Made by a program: the position numbers and the translations under genes. The notes under the pieces were generated by a model. It was given only the letters and a program-made list of their open reading frames with translations. It did not search any database and was not told where the DNA came from. From positions 256,001 through 320,000 of the forward strand of contig JAWLHY010000009.1 of NCBI GenBank assembly GCA_041690135.1: a stretch of 64,000 nucleotides of DNA. Direction: 5' to 3'. Origin of the DNA: Armatimonadota bacterium. GTDB taxonomy: Bacteria; Armatimonadota; SYMT01. Shown piece by piece: positions 55,529 to 64,000 of this stretch. Every line of letters starts with the position of its first letter. The first letter of the stretch is position 1.

Positions 55529-58500
55529 GGCTTCGTCACTGCCTCGTCCAGGTTCAGGAGCACGTTGGCGACCACGAGGTAGGCCGCCTGCGTGATGGGA
55601 TCGTCGGCCTTCAGCGTGGGCGCGTTTGCGGTGGTCAGGAGGGCCTTTGCGGCCTCCGGATTGGCGCGGAAGTCCGCCAGCGTGGCTTCGAAGAGTCGCT
55701 CCAGGCGGTCGAGCTCCGGCGCGGCGGGCTTCCGCGCGAGGGTGCGGTAAAAGCCGGCAGAGAGCCGCTCGCGTGCCTTCGTGGCCTTCTGTTCCAGCAT
55801 CACCCGCCCCAGCGCTCCGGCCGCTTCCACGAAAGCGGGGTCGTTCAGGGTCACCAGCGCCTGGAGAGGCGTGTTTGTCCGGATGCGCCGTACCACACAG
55901 AACTCTCCGGAGCCCGCGTCGAAGGTCGTTAGCGACGGATAGGGGCTCGTGCGCCGCCAGAAGGTGTAAAGGGACCGCCGATAACGATCTTCACCCTCGC
56001 TGGTTTTCCACTTCAATCCGCTGTAAACGGTTTTCCAGATGCCGTACGGTTGCGGCGGCATCACCGAGGGTCCGTGCGTTTTCGCGGAGAGCAGCCCCGA
56101 TACCGCCAGCGCCTGGTCGCGGATCACCTCCGCGGGCAGGCGGAAGCGCGGTCCCCGGCTGAGGAGCGTATTTGCGGGATCGATTCTCGCCTTTTCGGGC
56201 GTGACCTGCCCCGCTTGCCGGTAGGTCGCGGACATGACGATCAGCTTGAGCAGCTTCTTGGTGCTCCAACCTAGGCCTTCGGCGGGTGTGGGGACTGGGG
56301 ACTGGGGGCTGGGGGCAGCGTATCGCGTAGTGCGCAATGCCTTGCCGGCGTAATGCGTAGTGCGTATTGCATTGCCGGCGTAATTCGTATTGCGTATTGC
56401 GTAATCCGAACCCCGGGAACCAGAAGCTGCAGTGGTGCGCGAGGGTCGGGTCTCCCTTGCCCTCACCTGCCGCTTGCGGGTACCCGGTCCGCTCCCCTGC
56501 GTACTGGTGACCGCTGCGGGTGTGGAGTACATGGAAGCCAGAAAATCCAGCAGGTCCGGGTGCGAGGGCAGGGTGCCCTGGGTGCCGAAGTCTTCTTCCG
56601 TCTCTACCAGGCCGGTGCCGAAGAGACGGGCCCAGATGCGGTTGACGGCGACCCGGGCGGTCAGCGGGTTCTCCGGCGATACCAGCCACTGCGCCGCGCC
56701 GAGGCGGTTCAGGGGGGCGCCGGCGGGCAAGGCGCCGAAGGCGGCAGGGAAGCCCGGAGTGACTTCTTCGCCCGGGTCCAGGAAGTTGCCGCGCTGGTGG
56801 ATCTGGGTGAGGCGCTGCTTATCCTTCGGCAGGTCCCGCATCACGGGAGTCTTGGGGACTGCAGCCTCCAGGGCCGCCCGCTCCTTTTCCGTGGCGGTGA
56901 TCTGTCGATAGATGCCGGCCGTGGGCTCGTGGCTCTGTCGGAAGGCCTCGTCCAACCGCTTTTGCACCTCCTCGGAGCGTTCGGCACGGGGGATCCGGGC
57001 CAGGTCCGAATGCGGCTTCAACTCAGCCTTGAGCAGTTCCGGCTCCGCGGCGCTGATGGACAGGCGGAAGCAGCCATGCTGGAGGTTCGGATAGTTCTGC
57101 TGAATCTTGACCACCAGGCGCCCACCGTCGGGCACGGACAGCGGTGTTTTCAGATCGAACACGGCCACGTGCGCCTGCGCATTCTGCGGCGACCACGCCC
57201 ACCCGGTGGCGGGATTGCCGTCGATCGCGCCGCCTACGGGCCAGCCCTGCTGCTCGAAATCGGCGCGGGCATTGACCAGGGCGACGGGCCGGCGCTCTTT
57301 GCCATCCTCGGAGACGAGTTCCGCCGTGATCTCGGAGGTCACCACATTCTGGTCGCTGCCGTGTCGTCCCGGCCCACCGCTGGGGAGGGAGGGGTCCTTC
57401 AGGGCTTCCAACCGGAGGGAACGGACCGTTACGCTCGGAAGCGGAAACGTGAGCGTGTAGGTAGACTTCTCCGCTTTCGGACCGCCCACCACAAGGGCGC
57501 CGTCCGGCCGCGCGTGGAAGGTGGCGCCGGAGCTGCTCTCCGCCCGTTCCTGCCGCAGCGGCGTCCAGAGGGATTTCGCGGCGAGCTCCTTTTCCCATGT
57601 CAGTTGCCGCGCTTCCAAGTCGGGTGCGTCCTGGGCGAACGCCGCGCGCAGCGTCCGGATCTTTTCATCCAGCTCGGCGCGCCGCTTCATCTGCTCAGGC
57701 GTCGGCATGGGTACGGTAGGCGCTTCGTCGAAGCGGTTGGCATCTTCCGACTGGTTGAACAGAGCGTAGAACCGGTAGTACTCGCGATGGGTGATTGGGT
57801 CGTACTTGTGCGTGTGGCACTTGGCGCAGCCCATGGTGAGGCCCATCCACACCTGAACCGTGGTATCGACCCGGTCCTTCACGGCCGCAATCCGGAATTC
57901 TTCGCGGTCCACACCTCCCTCGGTGTTGGTCATCGTGTTCCGGTGGAACGCGGTGGCGAGGAGCTGCGAAGGAGTGGGATTGGGGAGCAGGTCGCCGGCG
58001 AGTTGCTCCACGGTGAACCGGTCGTAGGGCATGTCCGCGTTGAAGGCGTCGATGACCCAGTCCCGGTAGCGCCAGATGGTCCGCTGACCATCCTTCTCGT
58101 ACCCCTGTGTGTCCGCGTAGCGGGCCAGGTCCAGCCACATCCGCGCCCAGTGCTCCCCATAGCGGGGCGAGGCCAGCAGGCGGTCCACCACCTTCTCGTA
58201 GGCATTCGGGCTGCGGTCATTGATGAAGGCTTCCACCTCCGCCGGGGTGGGAGGGAGTCCCGTGAGATCGAGCGAGACGCGGCGGATGAGCGCGGAACGG
58301 TCTGCTTCTGTTTCCGGCTTCAGGCGCGCCTTCTCCAGCCGCGCGAGGACGAACGGATCGATCGGGTTGCGGCTCCACTCGCGGTTCTTCACCTTTGGCG
58401 GCGTGGGGCGGCGGAGTGGGGCGAACGACCAGTGGACGGCGTACGGTGCGCCCTGTTTCACCCAGGCGGTCAGCAGTTTCTTTTGCTGAGGCGTCAGTTG

Positions 58501-58863
58501 GTGGCCGCTGGACGCGGGCGGCATCAGCAGGTTCGGATCCGAAGTGTTGATCCGCGCGACCAGCGTGCTCTTCTCGGGCTTGCCGGGATCGATGGCCCGG
58601 CTGCCGTTCCGGAGTGCGACGGCCCCCTCCCGGGTGTCGAGCCGGAGCCCGGCCTGGCGGGAGTCGGGGTCCTGACCGTGACACGCGAAGCAGTTAGAAG
58701 CCAGGATCGGCCGGATGTCCCGGTTGTAGTCCACGGTCTCTGCCGAAAGTGATGGCTTCGGCGCTCCGGCCTGGGCGGCATTCAGCGCAAGAAGACCGAG
58801 GCCCGGAAGGGCTCCCAGGAGAATGGCTCGGACGGCGCCATGGCTGCGTCGGTGTCTGGTCAT
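55525..58863 (-). CDS. PSD1/planctomycete cytochrome C protein (PSCyt1 + DUF1549 + DUF1553)
   Basis: CFACHG, LDLTGLPPT, WLDLARYADT, CAKCHTHKYDP, NRIW..LFG.G.V and NTPLQAL..LND. Confidence 0.95.
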   Translation of the reverse strand: MTRHRRSHGAVRAILLGALPGLGLLALNAAQAGAPKPSLSAETVDYNRDIRPILASNCFACHGQDPDSRQAGLRLDTREGAVALRNGSRAIDPGKPEKSTLVARINTSDPNLLMPPASSGHQLTPQQKKLLTAWVKQGAPYAVHWSFAPLRRPTPPKVKNREWSRNPIDPFVLARLEKARLKPETEADRSALIRRVSLDLTGLPPTPAEVEAFINDRSPNAYEKVVDRLLASPRYGEHWARMWLDLARYADTQGYEKDGQRTIWRYRDWVIDAFNADMPYDRFTVEQLAGDLLPNPTPSQLLATAFHRNTMTNTEGGVDREEFRIAAVKDRVDTTVQVWMGLTMGCAKCHTHKYDPITHREYYRFYALFNQSEDANRFDEAPTVPMPTPEQMKRRAELDEKIRTLRAAFAQDAPDLEARQLTWEKELAAKSLWTPLRQERAESSSGATFHARPDGALVVGGPKAEKSTYTLTFPLPSVTVRSLRLEALKDPSLPSGGPGRHGSDQNVVTSEITAELVSEDGKERRPVALVNARADFEQQGWPVGGAIDGNPATGWAWSPQNAQAHVAVFDLKTPLSVPDGGRLVVKIQQNYPNLQHGCFRLSISAAEPELLKAELKPHSDLARIPRAERSEEVQKRLDEAFRQSHEPTAGIYRQITATEKERAALEAAVPKTPVMRDLPKDKQRLTQIHQRGNFLDPGEEVTPGFPAAFGALPAGAPLNRLGAAQWLVSPENPLTARVAVNRIWARLFGTGLVETEEDFGTQGTLPSHPDLLDFLASMYSTPAAVTSTQGSGPGTRKRQVRARETRPSRTTAASGSRGSDYAIRNTNYAGNAIRTTHYAGKALRTTRYAAPSPQSPVPTPAEGLGWSTKKLLKLIVMSATYRQAGQVTPEKARIDPANTLLSRGPRFRLPAEVIRDQALAVSGLLSAKTHGPSVMPPQPYGIWKTVYSGLKWKTSEGEDRYRRSLYTFWRRTSPYPSLTTFDAGSGEFCVVRRIRTNTPLQALVTLNDPAFVEAAGALGRVMLEQKATKARERLSAGFYRTLARKPAAPELDRLERLFEATLADFRANPEAAKALLTTANAPTLKADDPITQAAYLVVANVLLNLDEAVTKP
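56288..56405. repeat. Heptamer/30-bp tandem repeats inside the DUF1553 coding region
   Basis: (GGGGACT)n followed by three ~30-bp units built from GCGTA(A/T/G)T heptamers (56318, 56348, 56378). Confidence 0.85.
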
Positions 58864-58979
58864 CGGAATTGCAATCGGAGTGCCCGCGGCATGCCTCGGG
58901 GCGGTGGACAGGTAGCACGCTTGCGGATAGTGGGAGCTACTGGATCATATCCGCTTAAGGATTGCCAACAAACTGGCGC

Positions 58980-59035
58980 TACGGCTGGGCGAGTGAACTC
59001 ACGTCTACAAAAGGCCAAGCCGGCCTCCGCAGGCT
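58980..59035 (-). repeat. REP-like element, copy 3
   Basis: TACGGCTGGGCGAGTGAACTC...CCTCCGCAGGCT; 6 mismatches over 56 nt against 41751-41806. Confidence 0.85.
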
Positions 59036-59212
59036 AACCCGAACGAAACGATCAATTACTGACGGATCCTTAGTTCACCTTCTGGGCAAAGATTCCCCGC
59101 CTGAAGGCTTTGCAATTGTGAGGCGGAGACGTGCTGGCCCAGCCCCTCGGAGCGTGAAGTCGGCGGGTCCCGTAGAACCTCCATTCGCGGGATCGCGCGG
59201 GAAAGACTGCCC

Positions 59213-60259
59213 CTACTTCTGAGGCCAGTTCCGGGGAAGCTGCAGAGACCAGACGTCGTTCACCAGGGGCGAAACGTTTCCGGCGGTCACCCAGAGGCGA
59301 TCCTTCCAGACGTAGGTGGAGTGCTCGTGGCGGACGGACCATACGTCCTTCGTCACAAGCCGCTCCCACTGTTCACCGTCCGCCGAGTGCCAGACGTCGT
59401 TCCAGTTCCGGAACGGGTGGTTGGACCAGCCTCCCAGCAGCCACATCCGGTTGCGGTAGACGGCGGCCGAGAACCAGATCCGCGGCTCCCACGGCGCGTG
59501 GGCGCGGACCTGGGTCCAGTTCACCCCATCCCGTGAGCGCCATACGTCGTTGAACGCCGCGTACTTTGGGACGTAGTTCCCCCCGCCGAACACCCACAGG
59601 TAGCCGTTATGGGCGAGGGCTCCGTGATAGGCCCGGGGCGCCCAGGGTGCATTGGCCGTAACCCGCTGCCAGGTCTTACCGTCGCCGGAGGACCAGACGT
59701 CGTTCTTGAGGTGGCGCTCGGTGCCGTCGTAGTAGCGCTCCACCCCGCCCAGGACCCACATCTTGCCCCGGAATACCACGCCCGCCGCGCCCAGCCGGGG
59801 GCTCCAGCCTGCGGCCGGGGTTATCTGTTCCCACCGCTCACCGTCGCGCGAGGCCCACACCTCATTGCCGGCCGAGGCGTCCGGAAGCCGTCCGTTGTGC
59901 CAGCCGCCCATCATCCACATCCGGTTCTTGAAGACCAGCGAGGTCGGCAGGTCGGAGTGCTTCCAGGGCGCCTTCGCGGTGACGAGATCCCACTTCGCCC
60001 CATCGGCCGAGTTCCAGACGTCGCGGGGCGGCTCGCTGAAGGAGTCGAACCAACCGCCCAGGATCCAGAGCCGGTTCTTGAAGACCACCTCTCCGGATGA
60101 ATCGCGGGGTTTCCAGGCCGCGTGTTCAGTGACCCGCACCCAGTTCGGCACGGCGTCCGTCGATTCCGGCTTTGCGGAAGCGGGCGGGGTGTCCGGGATC
60201 ATCGGGAGGGAGAGCAGGATGAGCGGCAGGACCAGAATCGGACGAGGCAGAGAAGGCAT
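59213..60259 (-). CDS. Secreted Kelch/galactose-oxidase-type beta-propeller protein
   Basis: Six repeats of APW.PR....VF...W..GG....NDVW.S.DG..W; signal peptide. Confidence 0.9.
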   Translation of the reverse strand: MPSLPRPILVLPLILLSLPMIPDTPPASAKPESTDAVPNWVRVTEHAAWKPRDSSGEVVFKNRLWILGGWFDSFSEPPRDVWNSADGAKWDLVTAKAPWKHSDLPTSLVFKNRMWMMGGWHNGRLPDASAGNEVWASRDGERWEQITPAAGWSPRLGAAGVVFRGKMWVLGGVERYYDGTERHLKNDVWSSGDGKTWQRVTANAPWAPRAYHGALAHNGYLWVFGGGNYVPKYAAFNDVWRSRDGVNWTQVRAHAPWEPRIWFSAAVYRNRMWLLGGWSNHPFRNWNDVWHSADGEQWERLVTKDVWSVRHEHSTYVWKDRLWVTAGNVSPLVNDVWSLQLPRNWPQK

Positions 60260-60634
60260 GGAGCTTCCTTTCAACCCCTCGTTGAGCGGTGGTCGCCGGC
60301 TCTCCTCCGCAAGCCCCACGATTGTAGCCGCACCTGCGACCAGGCGACCAACGGTATTACCTGGCGGTCGCTGGTTCTAGCCGCTGGCCTCCGATGGTGT
60401 TTACTTACTGGCTGTCGCGGTCCGCGCAGGATCAGCGTACCAAACGCTTAGGGTGTTAACTCCTCGAATTTCCCATCCAGTTTGCCCGCATCCTCAAGCC
60501 TCTATAAGTAGTCCCCACAGGCTTGCCAATCCCGCTACAGTCACCCTTCGGCTCCCGCGGAAGCCCGCTCCAGAAAATGCCAACCCGTAGCCGCAACGAG
60601 CACAGAGGTTCCCAACCCCTGACCCACGAGGGGG

Positions 60635-60666
60635 CTTCAACCTTCCAACTTTCCAACCTTCCAACC
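60635..60666. repeat. Octamer tandem array (4 copies of about TTCCAACC)
   Basis: cttcaacc ttccaact ttccaacc ttccaacc just downstream of rnhC. Confidence 0.75.
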
Positions 60667-60681
60667 CTGATCCCTAGATGG

Positions 60682-61629
60682 TCAAATCGTACCCGTCACA
60701 GACGATAGCAGTTCCTGGATCGGCTTGAAGTGCAGCTTGGCCGCCCGTGCCAGCCCGGCGCGCCCGTGCTCTCGTAGCACGGTGCGGGCGGTCCGCTCCA
60801 GCGTGGTCACGTCCGAGGCGCCGCGGGGGAGCGGACCCGGCAGGCCGAACTCCTCCCCCAAGGTGACCAGGGCATCCGCGTAGGCGGCGCTGGCGAGAAT
60901 CGAAGCGGCCGCCACCGCCAGGCTGGCCGACTCGGCGCGGGGAAGCTGGCGGGGTCGGGGGAGGCCCACCTCGCGGAAAGCAGATTCCAGCACATCGAGC
61001 CGCTGGGCGAACTGGTCGCAGACGAACCGTCCCCCCGCCACGTCCCGAAGTGGTGCCGCGTTCTCCGCGTGCAGCGCCGCCAGCAGCAGGTTCAGATTGC
61101 CAATAGCGTCGTAGCGCCGGTTGTAGGCCTCGGGAAGGAGTACCGTCACCCGACGCCACTCTTCCGGTACGGCCCGGTCGATCTCGCCGGCCATCCGCTG
61201 CACCCCTACCGCGTTCAGTTTCTTGCTGTCGCAGACGCCGGCGCTCTGGAGCCGTTCCGCGGTAGGCTCGTCCAGGTACACGGCCGCCACCACGAGCGGC
61301 CCATACCAATCACCCTTGCCGGACTCGTCCATGCCGGCGTGGGGGAGGGGAATGGTGGCCTCGGTTTGCCGGGGAGCTTCGGCGGGAGCCGCCGGCGCCT
61401 GCGGGCGAACCGGGATGAGGCGACCGTCGATCCACATCTCCAACTCGGAGCGGAGATCGGAAGCGGCGCCGCCGGGCACCATCGCTCCCCGCTTGGGATA
61501 GTACGTGACCGTTGCCTTCTGGCGACCGTCCGTAATCACAATCTGCTCGCCGTAGGGCACCGGTTTGCCCGGCTGCCACGACCAGCCGCGGTCGGAAATG
61601 TAAGTCTTGAGTTGGTAGAGGCGGTTCAT
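60682..61629 (-). CDS. rnhC: Ribonuclease HIII
   Basis: GMDESGKGDWYGPLVVAAV, DSKKL, DQF and AVAAASILA; N-terminal TBP-like extension; AGGAG before ATG 61629. Confidence 0.9.
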   Translation of the reverse strand: MNRLYQLKTYISDRGWSWQPGKPVPYGEQIVITDGRQKATVTYYPKRGAMVPGGAASDLRSELEMWIDGRLIPVRPQAPAAPAEAPRQTEATIPLPHAGMDESGKGDWYGPLVVAAVYLDEPTAERLQSAGVCDSKKLNAVGVQRMAGEIDRAVPEEWRRVTVLLPEAYNRRYDAIGNLNLLLAALHAENAAPLRDVAGGRFVCDQFAQRLDVLESAFREVGLPRPRQLPRAESASLAVAAASILASAAYADALVTLGEEFGLPGPLPRGASDVTTLERTARTVLREHGRAGLARAAKLHFKPIQELLSSVTGTI

Positions 61630-61800
61630 GCGGGTTCTCCTGGGGACAGCCGTTCGATTATAACCGCCCGGATACCTTGGTTCCGCAGCCGCTGGGCGAG
61701 CTGCCACCGGTCGGAATGCCTCGAAATGGAGGAAAAGGAGTCCGAGCGGTGCCTGGCGGACTACCGTCAGGGCGCCTCGTCGCTCTGCTCTTTGACTCAG

Positions 61801-63381
61801 ATGAACCATCTATTCTCTTACCAGGGCTCAGCATGGGTTGGGGTGTTGCTGCTGTGGGGACTCTCGCAGCCAACCCGTGCCGAAGAGAGTCCTGCAGCGC
61901 AGCCAAAGCCGATTGCGGCTGTTAGCCGAAGCCTGGCCGATGAGAAACCCGAGGCCTTCCTGCGGCGGGCCTATCCGGGCAGCCGCGTAGCTCTCGATCC
62001 TCGTTTTGCGACAGCCAGTGGAGTCTTCCGGGCCTATTTCGTCGCCCTGTCCGACGGCCGGTTTGTGCGCGCCGAGTTGGAGACCCAGTTTCAGCAGGTG
62101 GCGACGCGAAAGGGGAACGGTGCCGCGCGTGCCTTCCTGGCGTTGACGGAGAAGCCGCTCCACTCGCCGTTCACCTGGAAGGTGGTGGCCGACGCCGCCG
62201 GTCCGGTACGCCTGGGCATGATGCCCGCCGCGATCTCGCAGGCGTGCGCCGAGTATCCCGTGCTGGTGGAGCGCGTGACTCGCAAGCGGAATGGCCAGGC
62301 CCGCCCCGTGCTGGCCGTCTCCCATTTCGGCAAGCCGCTCCTGCTGCTGGAAACCGCCGGTCCTACCGTGTCGCGGATCGAGGTCCTGGACCGTCGATTG
62401 ACAACCCCGCAGGGCCTGGGGTCCGGCAGTACTTTGAGTGAGCTCGCCGAGCGCTACGGGACCGGGGAACTGCTGCTGGGGCCGGAGGGGATCTCCGTGA
62501 TCTTCGCCTCGTCGTGCTCCGGGCGTGCCTTCAAGCTGGCGGAGCCCGCGCCCTCCCCTGGAACCGCGCTGCGCTGGGAGACACTGCTGAAGCGCAACCC
62601 ACAGGTGGCCTCGGTATGGGTGGCGGGGAGTGCCGGCGCCTTTGCGGCCGAGACCCGGGCGACCGGTCTTCCTCGCGCGCGGCAGAGCCGGGCCGGTGAG
62701 CCGGTGGAGGCCTTCCTGAAAAGGGCGTATCCGGGATGCACGACTGCGTATGACGCCTTCCGATCCAGCCCGCGTGAGGGTTACCGGCGATACCTGGTCC
62801 GCACCCCTGCGGGTGCCGTGGTCGCCGCGGAACTGAAGCCATCCCCAGTGGATTCACGGGGTGGTGGGACAAAGACTCTGGTTCTCACGCCGACCGAGGT
62901 CCGCCAGCCGTATACCTGGCAGGTGACTTCGCGGTCGCTGGGCCCGATTGGTCTCGGCATGCATGCAGCGCAGGTTGGGAAGGCGTGCGAGAGCTACGCC
63001 GTGACGCTCCAGCGGACCACGGTTCTGGATGAAGGCGAGTGGACCGCGGCGCTGGTGGTGAGCAGCTTCGGCAAGCCGCTTGCGGAGTTGGTGCTGAGCG
63101 CCCGGAACGATGTGGAATTCATCCGGGTCCGCGATCCCCGATTGAAGACCCCCCAGAGCGCGGGCGTGGGGACCTCCGTGCGCGAACTGGCCCGGCTCTA
63201 CGGCACGGGTGAGGTGTTGCTCGAAGAGGGCGACGTCAGCGTGGTGTTCGATCGCCGCTGTCCCGGTCGCATTTTCCGCCTGGTGAAAGCGGGCAAGGCA
63301 CCATTGCCGAACCCGAACTGGAAATCGCTGGTGAAGGCTAATGCAAAGGTGGACACCCTCTGGGTGGTGGGGCAGGAATAG
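61801..63381 (+). CDS. Hypothetical secreted protein made of two tandem ~230-aa repeats
   Basis: EKPEAFLRRAYPG...GPVRLGM...RLTTPQGLGSGST..EL..RYG is repeated as EPVEAFLKRAYPG...GPIGLGM...RLKTPQSAGVGTS..EL..LYG. Confidence 0.8.
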   Translation: MNHLFSYQGSAWVGVLLLWGLSQPTRAEESPAAQPKPIAAVSRSLADEKPEAFLRRAYPGSRVALDPRFATASGVFRAYFVALSDGRFVRAELETQFQQVATRKGNGAARAFLALTEKPLHSPFTWKVVADAAGPVRLGMMPAAISQACAEYPVLVERVTRKRNGQARPVLAVSHFGKPLLLLETAGPTVSRIEVLDRRLTTPQGLGSGSTLSELAERYGTGELLLGPEGISVIFASSCSGRAFKLAEPAPSPGTALRWETLLKRNPQVASVWVAGSAGAFAAETRATGLPRARQSRAGEPVEAFLKRAYPGCTTAYDAFRSSPREGYRRYLVRTPAGAVVAAELKPSPVDSRGGGTKTLVLTPTEVRQPYTWQVTSRSLGPIGLGMHAAQVGKACESYAVTLQRTTVLDEGEWTAALVVSSFGKPLAELVLSARNDVEFIRVRDPRLKTPQSAGVGTSVRELARLYGTGEVLLEEGDVSVVFDRRCPGRIFRLVKAGKAPLPNPNWKSLVKANAKVDTLWVVGQE

Positions 63382-63466
63382 AAAAGGAGGCACCCCTGCC
63401 GCGTACATCGAAGCACGAAGGACAAATACGGCTCACTCCTAACTCAGGGGAGGGGGATTAGAGTAG

Positions 63467-64000
63467 ATGAAACGGCTCGCGGGACTCTGGTTGTTTGCGG
63501 CTACCTTCACGCCGCTTGCCGTGGCACAGGGTCAGGGCAGTGCGGACAACTGGCCCTCCTTCCGAGGGGCGGGGGCGCGGGGCATCGCCGAGGGGCACCG
63601 CACCCCTACCGAATGGGATGTGGAAACGGGTCAGAACGTCCTCTGGCGCACTCCCATCCCCGGCCTGGGGCACTCCAGTCCCATCCTCTGGGGCGACCGC
63701 GTTTACGTCACCACGGCGGTGAGCGGCCGGGATAACCCGGAGCTGAAAGTCGGCCTCTACGGCGACATCGCTCCCGTGCAGGACGACTCGGTCCACCGGT
63801 GGAAGGTCTACTGCCTGGACCGCAAGTCCGGCCGGGTGCGGTGGGATCGGACGGCCCATGCGGGTGCGCCGAAGGTCAAGCGCCACACCAAGGCCACGCA
63901 CGCCAACTCCACCATGGCGACGGACGGCAAACACGTGGTCGCCTTCTTCGGCTCCGAGGGGCTCTACTGCTACGACCCGGAAGGGAAGCTGCTCTGGAAG
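63467..64000 (+). CDS. PQQ-binding-like (BamB-type) beta-propeller protein, 3'-truncated; not in the supplied ORF track
   Basis: Translated by hand: MKRLAGLWLFAATFTPLAVAQ...DNWPSFRG...NVLWRTPIPGLGHSSPILWGDRVYVTTA...HANSTMATDG..VVAFFGSEGLYCYD. Confidence 0.9.
   Translation, partial: MKRLAGLWLFAATFTPLAVAQGQGSADNWPSFRGAGARGIAEGHRTPTEWDVETGQNVLWRTPIPGLGHSSPILWGDRVYVTTAVSGRDNPELKVGLYGDIAPVQDDSVHRWKVYCLDRKSGRVRWDRTAHAGAPKVKRHTKATHANSTMATDGKHVVAFFGSEGLYCYDPEGKLLWK

Noticed and set aside
56272-56526. Intein or mobile element in DUF1553
   Set aside because: No intein splice motifs (C-terminal HN followed by C/S/T), no terminal inverted repeats and no transposase; the insert is simple-repeat derived.
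61069-61800. N-terminal extension of ORF 61069..63381 and of the rnhC ORF up to 61809
   Set aside because: The two extensions overlap each other head-to-head. Starts at 61801 (+, followed by a signal-like segment) and 61629 (-, preceded by AGGAG) resolve the conflict.

Overview
GC-rich bacterial chromosome window. The gene content suggests Armatimonadota or another PVC-like heterotroph (inference): DUF1559/H-X9-DG prepilin-like genes with an LFPVFA(Q/R)AREAAR motif, a PSD1/DUF1549/DUF1553 + DUF1501 pair and CRTAC1/TPR genes. From 1 to 11.3 kb is a surface-glycan cluster (SDR epimerase, PIG-L deacetylase, WbqC, GH-A hydrolase, degenerate fused ABC permease, DegT aminotransferase, WecA/MraY, O-antigen ligase, RmlC, GT2). 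From 11.6 to 30.5 kb are hydrolases, an HMA-fold protein that may be a C-terminal GG-U-C selenoprotein with a SECIS-like hairpin, an AT-richer TPR-CRTAC1-TPR-CRTAC1 / prepilin block, an S8 peptidase and a CHAT-TPR protein. The main finding is at 31-40.6 kb: a split lasso-peptide locus. It has a cyclase and a clear precursor (core GGNGAFSDAPLAGTRAF), then a 1565-aa SdrD-B repeat protein and an 8-blade SBBP propeller protein, then the PqqD/RRE gene. No B2 leader peptidase is present in the window. From 40.7 to 64 kb are mostly secreted enzymes and housekeeping genes (esterase, family-5 UDG, Gfo/Idh/MocA, PQQ dehydrogenase with an internal cytochrome c, di-heme cytochrome, thioesterase, SGNH hydrolase, DUF1501/PSD1, Kelch protein, RNase HIII). 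There are three copies of a REP-like element and several 7/8-mer tandem arrays. No rRNA, tRNA, CRISPR array or transposase was recognised. All family calls come from motif recognition by eye, not database searches.
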